Assembly: GCA_963675525.2 (NCBI GenBank)
Contig: CAXXSL010000016.1
Coordinates: 704,001 to 768,000 of the forward strand
Direction of reading: 5' to 3'
From: Anaerohalosphaeraceae bacterium
Lineage (GTDB): Bacteria > Planctomycetota > Phycisphaerae > Sedimentisphaerales > Anaerohalosphaeraceae
DNA length: 64,000 nt
The notes beneath the pieces are model-generated. The model saw only the letters and a program-made list of their open reading frames with translations, did no database searches and had not been told where the DNA came from. Below are positions 29,766-40,259 of this stretch, piece after piece. Within the stretch, counting starts at the first letter, position 1. Each line of letters begins with the position of its first letter. The translations under genes and the position numbers were made by a program.

Positions 29766-31175
29766 ATGAAACGAAGAGATTTTCTTGCCGCAATGGGCGC
29801 CACCGCAGGCGCAACCCTGGTCAATCCGTCTTCTTTATTCGGTGCTGTGAACGGCGCCGCACCGAAAAGACGTCTGGCCCTTGTCGGAACCGGTATCCGC
29901 GGGACATCTTTCTGGGGCAAAACACTGCTCGAAACCCTGGGAGACACAATTGAATTCGTCGGTCTGTCCGATATCAATCCGGGCCGTTTAGCCTATGCGA
30001 AAAAGTATATGGGGGTTGATTGTCCGGTCTTTACAAATTTCGAAGAAATGATGAATACCACCAAACCGGACACCCTCATCGTCACCACAGTGGACGCCAC
30101 ACATGATCAGTTCATTATCAAAGGCCTTGAAATGGGTGCGGATGTCATTACCGAAAAACCGATGACCACCGACGAGATAAAGTGCAAAAACATTCTTGCC
30201 GCCGAAAAGAGGACCGGCCGAAAGGTCATCGTTGGATTCAACTATCGGTATGGACATCAATTTACAAAAATTAAAGAACTGCTGGTGTCTCAGCGGCTTG
30301 GAAATGTCACATCGGTTGACTTTCACTGGTATTTGAACACAGACCACGGGGCTTCTTACTTCAGGCGATGGCACGGCCTTCGCAAGTGCAGCGGAACACT
30401 GCTGCTGCACAAGTGTACGCATCACTTTGACTTGCTGAACTGGTGGATCGACTCGGATCCCATCGAAGTTTTCGCTTACGGCGCACTGGAACATTACGGC
30501 AGAAATAATGCGTTTCGACACACGCAATGCCGCGGGTGCCCGCATCAGGAAAAATGTAAATTCTTCTGGGATATCACCAAGAACGACCGTTTAATGGACC
30601 TGTATGTCGCCAATGAAAAACATGACGGCTATATCCGCGATGCCTGCCTCTGGCGGAATGAAATCGATATTTTCGATAAAATGGCCGTTCAAATCAAATA
30701 CGCCAATAATGTTCAGGTCAGCTATTCTCTGACAGCCTACTCCCCTTACGAAGGCTGGCGAATTGCATTTAACGGCATGAATGGCCGGATGGACAGTTGG
30801 GACGGCATACCGTGGATGCAGGGCAGAGATGCTGTCGATCAGTCAAAGCTGCATGAACTGGAGATGAGTCAGAATGCAGCAGAGACCGCTGCCGCCTATG
30901 ATGAAATAATGGTTACGCCGAATTTCGGAACGTATGAATTGGTCAAAGTGCCAAAGGTCTATGGCGGTCACCGCGGAGGCGATAAGCTGCTTAGAGAACG
31001 GCTTTTTGTGAATCCGAACGCACCGGACCCTTTCAAACATGCGGCGGGAACCCGTGACGGAGCGATGTCGGTCCTGATCGGGATTGCGGCCAGAAAGAGT
31101 ATTGATACGGGCAAACCGGTGAAAATCGCTGACCTAACAGATATTCAGACGCAGGCAATCCGGCCAAAATCTTAA
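29766..31175 (+). CDS. Tat-exported Gfo/Idh/MocA oxidoreductase
   Basis: MKRRDFL Tat signal, VGTGIRG, TEKPM, HKCTHHFDL, GGHRGGD. Confidence 0.9.
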   Translation: MKRRDFLAAMGATAGATLVNPSSLFGAVNGAAPKRRLALVGTGIRGTSFWGKTLLETLGDTIEFVGLSDINPGRLAYAKKYMGVDCPVFTNFEEMMNTTKPDTLIVTTVDATHDQFIIKGLEMGADVITEKPMTTDEIKCKNILAAEKRTGRKVIVGFNYRYGHQFTKIKELLVSQRLGNVTSVDFHWYLNTDHGASYFRRWHGLRKCSGTLLLHKCTHHFDLLNWWIDSDPIEVFAYGALEHYGRNNAFRHTQCRGCPHQEKCKFFWDITKNDRLMDLYVANEKHDGYIRDACLWRNEIDIFDKMAVQIKYANNVQVSYSLTAYSPYEGWRIAFNGMNGRMDSWDGIPWMQGRDAVDQSKLHELEMSQNAAETAAAYDEIMVTPNFGTYELVKVPKVYGGHRGGDKLLRERLFVNPNAPDPFKHAAGTRDGAMSVLIGIAARKSIDTGKPVKIADLTDIQTQAIRPKS

Positions 31176-31639
31176 TCCGTCCGTTTATTCCGGTTACTAT
31201 CGCTTTGAAATCGATTGATTTTTTTGTTCAGCGGATTCAGACCGCCCAAAACTATCAGCGAAAGAACTGTTGTTCCGATCGCAATCTCATACATACCCAA
31301 TCCGCAGGCAATGCCGATACCCGTCATCATCCAGATCGTCGCGGCAGTCGTGATGCCGTGGACGCTGGCACGATCGCGAATAATCGCACCGGCGCCGATA
31401 AAGCCGACACCCGTAATCACACCCTGGATAACCCGTGTCGATCCATTGTCGCCCCCAAACGAGCGGGCCACGATCGTAAACAACGCCGCCCCGGTACAGA
31501 TTAAAATGATTGTCCGCAGCCCTGCCGCTTTGTGATGTATCTCCCGCTCCAGACCAATAATACCGCCTAAAACCACGGCAACAAGTAGCGGAATAAAAGC
31601 GTTCCAGTCGATATTTTGAATAATCTGGTCCAATTTCAT
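31172..31639 (-). CDS. MgtC/SapB family membrane protein
   Basis: GGIIGLERE, AGLRT, GVGFIGAG, GITTAATIW. Confidence 0.9.
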   Translation of the reverse strand: MKLDQIIQNIDWNAFIPLLVAVVLGGIIGLEREIHHKAAGLRTIILICTGAALFTIVARSFGGDNGSTRVIQGVITGVGFIGAGAIIRDRASVHGITTAATIWMMTGIGIACGLGMYEIAIGTTVLSLIVLGGLNPLNKKINRFQSDSNRNKRTD

Positions 31640-31680
31640 CTTTCGAAAACTCCCGTTTAGTTTATAAAAAGCATTCTATT

Positions 31681-31708
31681 TCATCGGCAAAAGCCATAAA
31701 AAGCTGAA
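31681..31708 (-). promoter_or_regulatory. Possible sigma-28-type promoter TTCA-N16-GCCGATGA
   Basis: Same spacing as the site upstream of the PilZ gene. Confidence 0.35.
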
Positions 31709-31849
31709 GGCCAACTTTAATATTATTGTTATATCTGCATATATTTAAATAAGTTACATCTTCGCCTGGCGAGGGGCATAAATATTTTCCCTTAAAAACA
31801 TTATTTATGCTTGAACTGGTACCAATAATGTGTTTATAGTATACATCAG

Positions 31850-31874
31850 TAATTCGACTGTTTTAATGAGGTAT
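31850..31874. promoter_or_regulatory. Rrf2 (IscR type-1-like) operator; related site at 32343-32367
   Basis: TAATTCGACTGTTTTAATGAGGTAT and ATACACTACTGACAGAATAGGGATA resemble ATASYYGACTRWWWYAGTCRRSTAT. Confidence 0.45.
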
Positions 31875-31878
31875 TAAA

Positions 31879-32328
31879 TTGAGCTATCCATATTTTCATA
31901 TTTCGAAAAAAAGCGGTTATGCAATCCGGGCACTATTTGAGTTGGCTCAGCGCGGGGTATTGGGCCCGGTGAATGTCCGCAGCCTGGCCAAGGCCCAGGA
32001 TATTCCTTCGCGATTCCTGGAAATTATTCTGAATGAGTTGAAACAAGGGGGTTTTGTTCTTTCTGTGCGAGGCAAATCCGGCGGGTATCTTCTTTCCAGA
32101 GACGCCAACGAGATTACGATTGGGCAGATCGTTCAGTTTTTGGAGAAAAATCAAGATTCAGATTCACCGTCTTTGTCCTCCCCGCATTCGGGCGAGTTTG
32201 TTCTCAACACGCTTATTGACACAATTAACAACGCCATCAGTGATGTCTGTGATAACACCAGCCTAAATGATATGTTGAAGCTGGAAATGAAAAACAGAGC
32301 AGCGTTCACCTCGAACTATATTATATAA
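31879..32328 (+). CDS. Rrf2-family regulator (CymR-like, no Fe-S Cys triad)
   Basis: YAIRALFELA...FLEIILNELK..G.V.SVRG..GGY.L; ends SNYII. Confidence 0.88.
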   Translation: MSYPYFHISKKSGYAIRALFELAQRGVLGPVNVRSLAKAQDIPSRFLEIILNELKQGGFVLSVRGKSGGYLLSRDANEITIGQIVQFLEKNQDSDSPSLSSPHSGEFVLNTLIDTINNAISDVCDNTSLNDMLKLEMKNRAAFTSNYII

Positions 32329-32377
32329 ATTTTTTTGTCTATATACACTACTGACAGAATAGGGATACGAGGAATAC

Positions 32378-32599
32378 ATGGAGCGTCATATAAGAAGTAT
32401 ATTTAAGGCCCTTAGCTGGCGCGTAATCGCCACGGTCGTAACGTTTCTGACCGCTTGGTTTTTAACCGGCACGGTCGAAATCGCCGCGAAGATTGGGCTG
32501 GCGGACACGGTGATCAAACTGGCCGTTTTTTACGGCCATGAACGTTTTTGGAACAAACTGAGTTTTGGAAAGATCCAACCGCCGGAATACCAGATCTAA
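32378..32599 (+). CDS. DUF2061 small membrane protein
   Basis: RSIFKALSWR.IAT...FYGHERFW. Confidence 0.85.
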   Translation: MERHIRSIFKALSWRVIATVVTFLTAWFLTGTVEIAAKIGLADTVIKLAVFYGHERFWNKLSFGKIQPPEYQI

Positions 32600-32613
32600 G
32601 AGCAGAGAGGTTC

Positions 32614-33372
32614 ATGATGCAATTACTCGAACAAACAGACAAACAGGCTTTAGCCGGCGAACTCCGCAAACATCGCAATGGGTATTCGCCCCTGCAACTG
32701 CTGCGGTATTTTATTGAAAAATTTCCGGGCCGAGTAGTCCTGGCCTCCAGTATGGGCGCTGAAGATCAGGTCTTGACCGATATGATCGTCAAGATCGACC
32801 CGTCTGTTTCGATCCTCACACTGGACACAGGTCGTCTGCCGCAGGAAACATACGATGTGATCGAGGCAACTCAAAAAAAATACGGCATTAAGATTAAGAT
32901 TCAGTTTCCTAGTCACAAACAGATTGAGGCCATGATCGAAAAATACGGACCTAATTTATTTTTTGAGAATGTTCATAACCGCAAGTTGTGCTGTCACATT
33001 CGCAAGATCGAACCGCTTAAGCGTGGTTTGAAAGACAGAGACGTTTGGGTGTGCGGGCTTCGTAAGGAACAATCGGTGACGCGTACCGGCCTTGAACCGA
33101 TTCAGTGGGATGAGCAATTCGGACTGATCAAACTGTCGCCCCTGCTGGATTGGAACAGTGAGCAGGTTTGGCGATATATCCACACACATAACGTACCCTA
33201 CAATGCCCTGCATGGCAAAGGCTACTCCAGTATCGGGTGTGCACCGTGTACTCGCGCAATCACGCAAGGCGAAGACGTTCGTGCCGGACGCTGGTGGTGG
33301 GAACAGCCGGAACATAAAGAATGCGGCCTGCACTGGAACAAGCCGACAAACAAACAAAAGGACTCATCATGA
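32614..33372 (+). CDS. cysH: (P)APS reductase, Fe-S-type APS reductase
   Basis: [28 protein letters not shown]...KECGLH. Confidence 0.93.
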   Translation: MMQLLEQTDKQALAGELRKHRNGYSPLQLLRYFIEKFPGRVVLASSMGAEDQVLTDMIVKIDPSVSILTLDTGRLPQETYDVIEATQKKYGIKIKIQFPSHKQIEAMIEKYGPNLFFENVHNRKLCCHIRKIEPLKRGLKDRDVWVCGLRKEQSVTRTGLEPIQWDEQFGLIKLSPLLDWNSEQVWRYIHTHNVPYNALHGKGYSSIGCAPCTRAITQGEDVRAGRWWWEQPEHKECGLHWNKPTNKQKDSS

Positions 33373-34268
33373 ATCAAACTGAGACAATGACGCAACTGGA
33401 TGCGCTCGAAGCACAGAGTGTTTATATTCTGCGTGAAGCCTACCGCTCGTTCAAGGACCTGGTGATGCTGTGGTCCATCGGCAAAGACAGCACCGTTTTG
33501 CTGTGGCTGGCGCGTAAAGCGTTCTTCGGTCATGTCCCGATCCCGCTGATGCATATTGACACAAACTTTAAGATCAAGGAAATGATTGAGTACCGTGACC
33601 GCTTTGCAAAGGAATGGAAGCTAAATATGATCGTGGGCCAAAATGTTGACGCATTGTCCCGGAAACAAACGTTTCCCGACGGCGGACTGGGCCGGATCGA
33701 TTGTTGTAAGAAACTCAAAAGTGAAGCACTGAAACATACGCTCAGCGGTGAGTGGCCTCGATGGGTTATGAACCATACCACCGGCAGCTACGACAAGCAG
33801 GAAAACGGCGACGCCTTTACCGGTGTGATCGTCGGAGCCCGTGCGGACGAAGAAGGCAGCCGCAGCAAGGAGCGGTATTTTTCGCCGCGGGACCAGCAGA
33901 GCGAATGGGACATTGCCGAGCAGCCGCCGGAAATGTGGAACCAGTTCAATACGGATTTCGCACCGGGTACGCATATTCGCATCCATCCGTTGCTGGACTG
34001 GACAGAGTTGAATATCTGGCAGTATATCAAGCGGGAAGACATCCCGATCATCGACCTGTACTTCGACAACGGCAGCGGCAAACGATATCGTTCGCTCGGC
34101 TGTGCCCCGTGTACCGGTCAGGTGGAATCAACGGCCAAAAATGTGGCGGATATTATTGAAGAACTCAAAAGCGGAAAATTTTCAAATATTGCCGAACGCT
34201 CCGGACGCCGACAGGATGCTGAAGACGACGGCGGGCTGGAAACGTTGCGGCGTGACGGATACATGTAA
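33369..34268 (+). CDS. cysD: Sulfate adenylyltransferase subunit 2
   Basis: [43 protein letters not shown]. Confidence 0.95.
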   Translation: MNQTETMTQLDALEAQSVYILREAYRSFKDLVMLWSIGKDSTVLLWLARKAFFGHVPIPLMHIDTNFKIKEMIEYRDRFAKEWKLNMIVGQNVDALSRKQTFPDGGLGRIDCCKKLKSEALKHTLSGEWPRWVMNHTTGSYDKQENGDAFTGVIVGARADEEGSRSKERYFSPRDQQSEWDIAEQPPEMWNQFNTDFAPGTHIRIHPLLDWTELNIWQYIKREDIPIIDLYFDNGSGKRYRSLGCAPCTGQVESTAKNVADIIEELKSGKFSNIAERSGRRQDAEDDGGLETLRRDGYM

Positions 34269-34351
34269 GCATAATATCAAAAACAAATATTAAAAACAAA
34301 AATAAGGCCGTCGGCTTCGGCGGCACTATAATAGATTACTCAGGGGATAAT

Positions 34352-36196
34352 ATGAGTTCGCTTGCAATGGAATACGATAAAAAAAACGAACAGACACAGC
34401 AGCATGAACGACAGAAGATGAATATTGTCATCATCGGTCACGTGGACCATGGAAAGAGTACCCTGGTCGGGCGCTTATTGGCAGATACGCATTCGCTTCC
34501 GGAGGGGAAGCTCGAAGAAGTCAAGTCACGTTGTGCCAAAAACGCCCGTCCTTTTGAATACGCTTTTCTGCTCGATGCACTGAAAGACGAGCAGGCGCAG
34601 GGTATCACCATCGATTCGGCCAGGTGCTTTTTTCATTCGGATAAACGTGAATACATTCTGATTGATGCGCCGGGGCATATTGAGTTTTTGAAAAACATGA
34701 TCAGCGGTGCCGCCCGCGCCGAAGCGGCGGTTCTGGTGATCGATGCGCATGAAGGCATCCAGGAGAACTCGCGCCGGCATGGATACCTGCTGAGTATGCT
34801 CGGTATTCGGCAGATCGTGGTCGCCGTCAATAAGATGGACCTGATGAACTATTCGCAGGCGGTTTTCGACCGGGTTCAAAACGAGTACGCGGCGTTTTTG
34901 TCACAGATTCAGGTCACTGCGCAACACTTTATTCCGGTCAGTGCCCGCGAGGGAGATTTTATTTCCCAGCGCAGTTCCATCATGGATTGGTACGACGGGC
35001 CGACGATCCTGGAAGCCCTCGATGAGTTTGAAAAAGAGCCGGCATCCGTCCACCAGCCGCTGCGATTTCCCGTGCAGGATATTTACAAGTTTACCGCTCA
35101 GGGTGACGACCGCCGTATCATTGCCGGACAGATCGAAACAGGACAGCTCGCTGTCGGCGACGAGGTTATTTTTTATCCTTCTAAAAAACGCTCAAAGATC
35201 GCAAGTATTGAAGCATTCAATGTGCCAACACCCCCAAAAGCCTATGCGGGGCAATCGGTCGGTGTCACCTTGTTCGAGCAGATCTATATTCAGCCGGGCG
35301 AAATTATGTTCCGAGGCGACCAAACGCCGCCCCAAACATCAACCCAGTTGAAGATCAACCTGTTCTGGCTGGGCAAAGAGCCGATGATCTTCAATAAACG
35401 CTATCTGCTTAAGCTGGGTACGGCACGCGTCCCGGTCTGGCTGCGGCAGATCAACACGGTACTGGACGCTTCCGAGTTGAATACCGAGCTGAACCGCCGC
35501 CATATCGAGCGGCATGATGTGGCCGAGTGCGTCCTTGAAACGCTCAAGCCGGTTGCCTTCGACCTGACCACCGAAATCGCGCAAACAGGCCGATTCGTGC
35601 TGATCGACAATTACCATATTGCCGGCGGCGGGGTTATTCTGGATGTCGCCCGCGACCAACTCGATCTTACTGCCGAACATGTTCGCCAGCGTGAGAAAAA
35701 CTGGCGCCGCAGCCGGATCACCGCTTCCATGCGTCAAACACGGCTCAATCAGCAATCAACACTGGTGGTTATCAGCGGCCCGGCAGAGACGGGAAAAAGT
35801 CAAGCTGCTCAAATGCTGGAAGAAAAGCTTTTCGAAGCCGGCAAACAGGTGTATTATCTGGGCATTGAGAATTCCCTGCCGGGAATCGACAGCGATCTAA
35901 GTCATGAAAATCTGCGCGATGAATACATCCATCGGCTTGGTGAGACCGCTCATTTGTTTACCGATGCCGGGCTGATCCTGATCGCGACGGTCAGTGACCT
36001 TGCCGAGTACGAATTGAACATTCTCAAAACGCTGAATAGGCCGGGTGATACTGTGGTGGTCGGCATCGGTTCGAAAACGCTGTCGGATCCGCTGCTGGAT
36101 TTAGACCTGAATGAAACAATGAATACTGAAAACGCCTCAACAAAGATCGCGAACCTGCTGACTGAGCGGCATTATCTGCCGGAGTATTACCTGTAA
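34352..36196 (+). CDS. cysN: Sulfate adenylyltransferase GTPase subunit with degenerate APS-kinase-like tail
   Basis: [28 protein letters not shown]-term GPAETGKS, lacking LDGD. Confidence 0.92.
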   Translation: MSSLAMEYDKKNEQTQQHERQKMNIVIIGHVDHGKSTLVGRLLADTHSLPEGKLEEVKSRCAKNARPFEYAFLLDALKDEQAQGITIDSARCFFHSDKREYILIDAPGHIEFLKNMISGAARAEAAVLVIDAHEGIQENSRRHGYLLSMLGIRQIVVAVNKMDLMNYSQAVFDRVQNEYAAFLSQIQVTAQHFIPVSAREGDFISQRSSIMDWYDGPTILEALDEFEKEPASVHQPLRFPVQDIYKFTAQGDDRRIIAGQIETGQLAVGDEVIFYPSKKRSKIASIEAFNVPTPPKAYAGQSVGVTLFEQIYIQPGEIMFRGDQTPPQTSTQLKINLFWLGKEPMIFNKRYLLKLGTARVPVWLRQINTVLDASELNTELNRRHIERHDVAECVLETLKPVAFDLTTEIAQTGRFVLIDNYHIAGGGVILDVARDQLDLTAEHVRQREKNWRRSRITASMRQTRLNQQSTLVVISGPAETGKSQAAQMLEEKLFEAGKQVYYLGIENSLPGIDSDLSHENLRDEYIHRLGETAHLFTDAGLILIATVSDLAEYELNILKTLNRPGDTVVVGIGSKTLSDPLLDLDLNETMNTENASTKIANLLTERHYLPEYYL

Positions 36197-36274
36197 GAAA
36201 CGCTAGCGGCCGAAGAATTACTGTTGCACATCAATGATTACGCGTTGCGCATCGACTAAAAAGACCAATGAGCG

Positions 36275-36868
36275 TTACTTCTTTTCCCGTTCCAATCCCG
36301 GCAGCAGTTCCGGGTGGTCCAGCAGTGCCAGCGTCTGGCGGATAAATTCTTTCCAGTGCGGCAGGCGATGTGAGCGCCGCTGCAGGATGAGATTCCGCAA
36401 CGTTTTATAGCTCATGCACCACATGCGCGTCTGCAGAAAACCTTCCGGCAGCTTTTTCTTGATTTGGATAATATCTTTCTGCTGCGCGGCCTCATAAATC
36501 CATTTCAGCGTCGCCGGACTGCATGAGGCCGGCTCGAAATTGTCTGCGATAAACGCCTCTACGCTGGCGGCATCGTCCATATCGATCGCCAAGAGTTCGG
36601 CCGTCAGCGTATGCATCGTGCTTTCGGACTGTTTGCTGCTCAGGCGAAATGTATCCGCCTCCTGCCACCAGTACCGCGGCGCACGCACATCCAGCCAGAC
36701 AATCATGCTTTCCAGAAACTTGTTATGCCCGCCGTCCAGACCCGCCAGCTTTTCGGCCACAACTGCCATTTTCTCGGTTTCCTGCTTTTTATTATGTGCC
36801 AGCCCCCGCAGGGCGGCCTCATACCCCGCCTCATCAACTTTTTCAACGCGTATATAAAACGATTCCAT
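36275..36868 (-). CDS. ThyX-fold-like protein (divergent, phage-type family)
   Basis: GHNKFLES...APRYWWQEADTFR...QSESTMH...LPEGFLQTR...YKTLRN...QRRSHRLPHW, in ThyX motif order; SD AGAGGA. Confidence 0.55.
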   Translation of the reverse strand: MESFYIRVEKVDEAGYEAALRGLAHNKKQETEKMAVVAEKLAGLDGGHNKFLESMIVWLDVRAPRYWWQEADTFRLSSKQSESTMHTLTAELLAIDMDDAASVEAFIADNFEPASCSPATLKWIYEAAQQKDIIQIKKKLPEGFLQTRMWCMSYKTLRNLILQRRSHRLPHWKEFIRQTLALLDHPELLPGLEREKK

Positions 36869-36881
36869 TCGTATCCTCTTT

Positions 36882-36909
36882 AAAAGCGCGGCGACGTAAG
36901 TCGCCCGAT
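36882..36909 (+). repeat. REP copy 1: AAAAGCGCGGCGACGTAAGTCGCCCGAT
   Basis: Three near-identical copies around the RAYT gene. Confidence 0.9.
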
Positions 36910-37028
36910 TAAACGCCTCATTACATAAACCATACCGCAATATAGTAGGTCCTTTTCACGAGCTCTTTCTACTCGAAAACGGCGGCAATTTCCAGAAATC
37001 TTTTAAAATATCCTCAAAACACCCCATT

Positions 37029-37056
37029 AAAAGCGCGGTGACGTAAGTCGCCCGAT
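37029..37056 (+). repeat. REP copy 2: AAAAGCGCGGTGACGTAAGTCGCCCGAT
   Basis: Abuts the RAYT stop codon. Confidence 0.9.
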
Positions 37057-37064
37057 TGTACGTT

Positions 37065-37568
37065 TCATTCCCGAAATCGCTCATCCATATAATATGCCAT
37101 TATCGTTCCTTGCTCATAAATTACATAATGGATTTTTTCTCGCAGCTTTTCTTCTCTAAAAACATATTTTTTGCTGCCTCCCATGGTCCAGACTTTTTCA
37201 CCGTGAAATCCATTTTCACGTAACTTGCGAGTAGACCATCGTTTTAAATTGTCCATTACCAAATTGATCTCGCAATCCGCTCGTATAACAACATGGACAT
37301 GACTACTCCGAACGTGTAGCGCAAAAAGATGCCATTGTCGAACTGTACAAAGATTGAGGATGGCCTCTCGGACAAGGATTTGATGTCTGGAGTCCAGTTT
37401 TACTGGAGGAAATTTTAAATGGCGCTGTTCATGCCGGTAGAGTTGGGGATTAGACTCCATCACTTCGGTTTTTCCGCCCCGGCGGATGATACTGTTTCGC
37501 GGATCTCCATGCAGCCATGTGCCATAAGTGGTAAACGTAATAAAATACGCTAATGGCTTGTCGGGCAT
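37065..37568 (-). mobile_element. REP-associated tyrosine transposase (RAYT, IS200/Y1 HUH family)
   Basis: YFITFTTYGTWLHGD, HUH motif HVHVV, W..GGS, YVIYEQ; flanked by inverted REPs. Confidence 0.88.
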
Positions 37569-37598
37569 CGTATGCTCCTTCTTGTTTCGTGAGCATTC

Positions 37599-37626
37599 AT
37601 CGGGCGACTGACGTCGCCGCGCTTTT
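37599..37626 (-). repeat. REP copy 3 (inverted)
   Basis: ATCGGGCGACTGACGTCGCCGCGCTTTT; overlaps the aroK stop. Confidence 0.9.
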
Positions 37627-38137
37627 ATTGTGCCAGCTTTTCCAAAATCAACTCAACACTGTCATCGTGATTCAACCCGGACAGATCAACCGTGATGTCG
37701 GCCCACTGTTCGTACAGCGGTGTGCGTTTTTCGTATAGCTGGGCCAGTGTTTGTCCCGGTTCCAAGACCACACCGCGCTGGTTCAAATCACCGAGGCGTT
37801 TTTCCAGCGCTGCCAGAGGTAACTGCAGATAAACGATGACGCCGTCGGCTTGCAGTGACTTCATAGCACAGTCGTAATAGACGACGCTGCCGCCGGTGGC
37901 AATGACCGCATCCGTCACATCGACGCGCTGGGCGTACCGGCATTCGATCTCACAGAATCGCACCATGCCGTTCTGCTCGATCAGCCGCCGCAGACTCTTG
38001 CCCTCGCCGGCCTGGATAAACAAATCCGTATCCACAAAATGCTTTTCGCACCGCTTGGCCAATAACACGCCAATCGTACTCTTGCCGCACCCCGGCATCC
38101 CAATCAAAACAATATTCGATTTCATAACGTTTTCCAT
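37625..38137 (-). CDS. aroK: Shikimate kinase
   Basis: GMPGCGKST, FVDTD, VIATGGS, RTPLYE. Confidence 0.92.
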   Translation of the reverse strand: MENVMKSNIVLIGMPGCGKSTIGVLLAKRCEKHFVDTDLFIQAGEGKSLRRLIEQNGMVRFCEIECRYAQRVDVTDAVIATGGSVVYYDCAMKSLQADGVIVYLQLPLAALEKRLGDLNQRGVVLEPGQTLAQLYEKRTPLYEQWADITVDLSGLNHDDSVELILEKLAQ

Positions 38138-38182
38138 TGTGTCTTCCACGCTTGTCATTCCCACAAAAGCGCCGATCCGGAA

Positions 38183-39340
38183 TCAACGATTATCCTTTGT
38201 TAATTTATCAATTGTTTTATTTGTCACATTCCATACCAAAAAATTGTCTGTAGTTTTAAGTGTCTTGTTCAGGATCGGCAGTACTCTTTCTTTAGATGGA
38301 TTGACTTTCCCCAATGTAATAATTGTAACAACTTGAATGAACTCATCTTCAGCAGTAGCTAACTCCATCAGTCTGTCCTCATAATCTTTAGCATCAGGAC
38401 CAAGTTCTTGCAAAACAAGTAAACCAACAGCAACCTCCATAAACTCTTCGCTTTCAAGAGAATGTAACAACAATTCTCTGGAACGAGAAGCTTGAATATC
38501 ATGTCGAATCATAGCATAACATGCACGCGCCACAACCCATGAATCGTTGTCATCCATCAAGGCAATTGCCATATCCATGGTTTCAGTATCAACGTCTTTC
38601 AAATCTCCAAGGGCTTGAGCCGCACGACCGCGAACATTTCTGTCTTCATCCTTCATGAAAACACGCAATTGCTCAATGCCTTTTTTTTCCTCGGGGTATA
38701 GCTGTTGATATATCAGTGCCGCCTTAACGCCTTCACGTCTATCAGGCTCATTAATAGCACCCAGCAGAATACTTTTAATTTGATCATTTGCGACGCCAAT
38801 TTCTCCGATTTCCGTTACCGCCATCGCCCGGATATGCGACGTTTCATGACCAGCCAATTCAACTACTACACCCAAACATAGTTCTTCAGCATCCATTTCA
38901 CATAAAGCGTCAATGGCCTGTAATCGCACGAAAGAATTGTCGTGGTCAAGCAAATCTGTGTAAACAGCCAGTGCTTGATTTGTTTCGAGCTTACGTTCTT
39001 TAAGGAGTTCTACTCCTAAAGATTGAATTCTCGAATTATCATCATTAATCAACTCAAGAATTTTTTCGGTTGGTTCTTCAGCAACAATGTATCGTATAAT
39101 TCCTCCAGTATATAGATGCATGCCCGGTTCGCGGAGAATTTCCAATAAATCAGGAAGTACTACGATGGCTTCAGGCCCATATTTAGCAAGTTGAATCGCA
39201 GCTTGTGAGCTTTTCGTTTCATCATCGGATTGTATCTTTGAAACAAGATAGTCCAATTGCGCTTTTGTGACCGCATGCACTGAAACAGAAAAGGTCAATA
39301 AAGCAACCACACACAAATAATATAACTTGTTTTTTACCAT
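38183..39340 (-). CDS. Secreted HEAT-repeat protein, AT-rich
   Basis: Signal peptide; repeated D....VR..A..AL motifs. Confidence 0.8.
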   Translation of the reverse strand: MVKNKLYYLCVVALLTFSVSVHAVTKAQLDYLVSKIQSDDETKSSQAAIQLAKYGPEAIVVLPDLLEILREPGMHLYTGGIIRYIVAEEPTEKILELINDDNSRIQSLGVELLKERKLETNQALAVYTDLLDHDNSFVRLQAIDALCEMDAEELCLGVVVELAGHETSHIRAMAVTEIGEIGVANDQIKSILLGAINEPDRREGVKAALIYQQLYPEEKKGIEQLRVFMKDEDRNVRGRAAQALGDLKDVDTETMDMAIALMDDNDSWVVARACYAMIRHDIQASRSRELLLHSLESEEFMEVAVGLLVLQELGPDAKDYEDRLMELATAEDEFIQVVTIITLGKVNPSKERVLPILNKTLKTTDNFLVWNVTNKTIDKLTKDNR

Positions 39341-39401
39341 CTCTTCTCCCTCGTCTTTCTCTATTTCTCTGTGACAATAAAAACAATATCCAATCTACAA
39401 T

Positions 39402-40157
39402 TTACAATCGAATAATTTCTTCCGGCTTTGCGAGGCAATGTTTGGGCAGTTTTTCGCGGATCAGATCGACGAAGTTGTGCATCCCGATTGTCTCCGGCGC
39501 GTGGGCGTCCGAACCGTACACCAGCTTAACCCCCGCATCCAGCGCAACATCGTAAATCCGCCACCACTGCTCCTGCCAATAGTCGCTCAAACGATACCCC
39601 GTCAGTTCATTCAGCTCCCAGGCGATATTGTTCTCCGCCGACAGCTTCGCCGCGTTCTCAAACACGCACAGCGCGTCGTCAAAATACACATCCAGATCGA
39701 CCGCCGAGGCCAGCAATCGCCCCGGGTGCGCCAGCGTATGAATCTGCGGATTGGATACAATCCCCAGCAGCGACGTTTGCCAGTGCTCCATGAATTCATC
39801 CCCCGCCAGCGAGTTATCGTGCGGGGCGCGCGGATAGTTGCCCACCGTCGGCACATAGTGAAACCCCGCGATCACATAATCCAGATCGTCAAAGGTCTCG
39901 GTCACCAGTCGCCCGTCGGTGTGGTCGGCATCGACATCCACCTCGGCACCCACATATACCTTACAATGCGATGCGCACGCTTTTACCTCGGCGCGAATCT
40001 TTTCAATGATTGCATGGTCCGAATGCCCGAAGAGATGGTCCGTAATCGCAATCGTCGAAAGCCCCAACCGGTCGGCCTGCCTGCAAATGGCCGCAACCGT
40101 CATGCCCGGTGCATGACCGCAGTATTCGGTATGGATATGTAAATCATAATTCAGCAT
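39402..40157 (-). CDS. PHP domain phosphoesterase
   Basis: DLHIHT, AITDH, LAHP, GSDAH; the ORF-track N-terminal extension comes from a REP. Confidence 0.9.
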   Translation of the reverse strand: MLNYDLHIHTEYCGHAPGMTVAAICRQADRLGLSTIAITDHLFGHSDHAIIEKIRAEVKACASHCKVYVGAEVDVDADHTDGRLVTETFDDLDYVIAGFHYVPTVGNYPRAPHDNSLAGDEFMEHWQTSLLGIVSNPQIHTLAHPGRLLASAVDLDVYFDDALCVFENAAKLSAENNIAWELNELTGYRLSDYWQEQWWRIYDVALDAGVKLVYGSDAHAPETIGMHNFVDLIREKLPKHCLAKPEEIIRL

Positions 40158-40187
40158 ACTATCGTCTTCATCATTTCCGTCAGTAAA

Positions 40188-40257
40188 TGTCACCCCGGCC
40201 CCCGAGCCGGGGTCCAGAGTGTTAACGTCTGGATGCCGGATCAAGCCCGGCATGACA
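40188..40257. repeat. Inverted REP doublet (TGTCA...TCCAG family)
   Basis: TGTCACCCCGGCCCCCGAGCCGGGGTCCAG and CTGGATGCCGGATCAAGCCCGGCATGACA. Confidence 0.8.
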
Positions 40258-40259
40258 GA

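Noticed and set aside
36882..37626. CRISPR mini-array
   Set aside because: Spacing is irregular, one copy is inverted, there are no cas genes, and RAYT-REP explains it
40158..40253. N-terminal extensions of the PHP, GcvT-like, MnmE, AroK and ThyX-like ORFs
   Set aside because: They are translations of REP or repeat sequence; downstream ATGs fit the family starts
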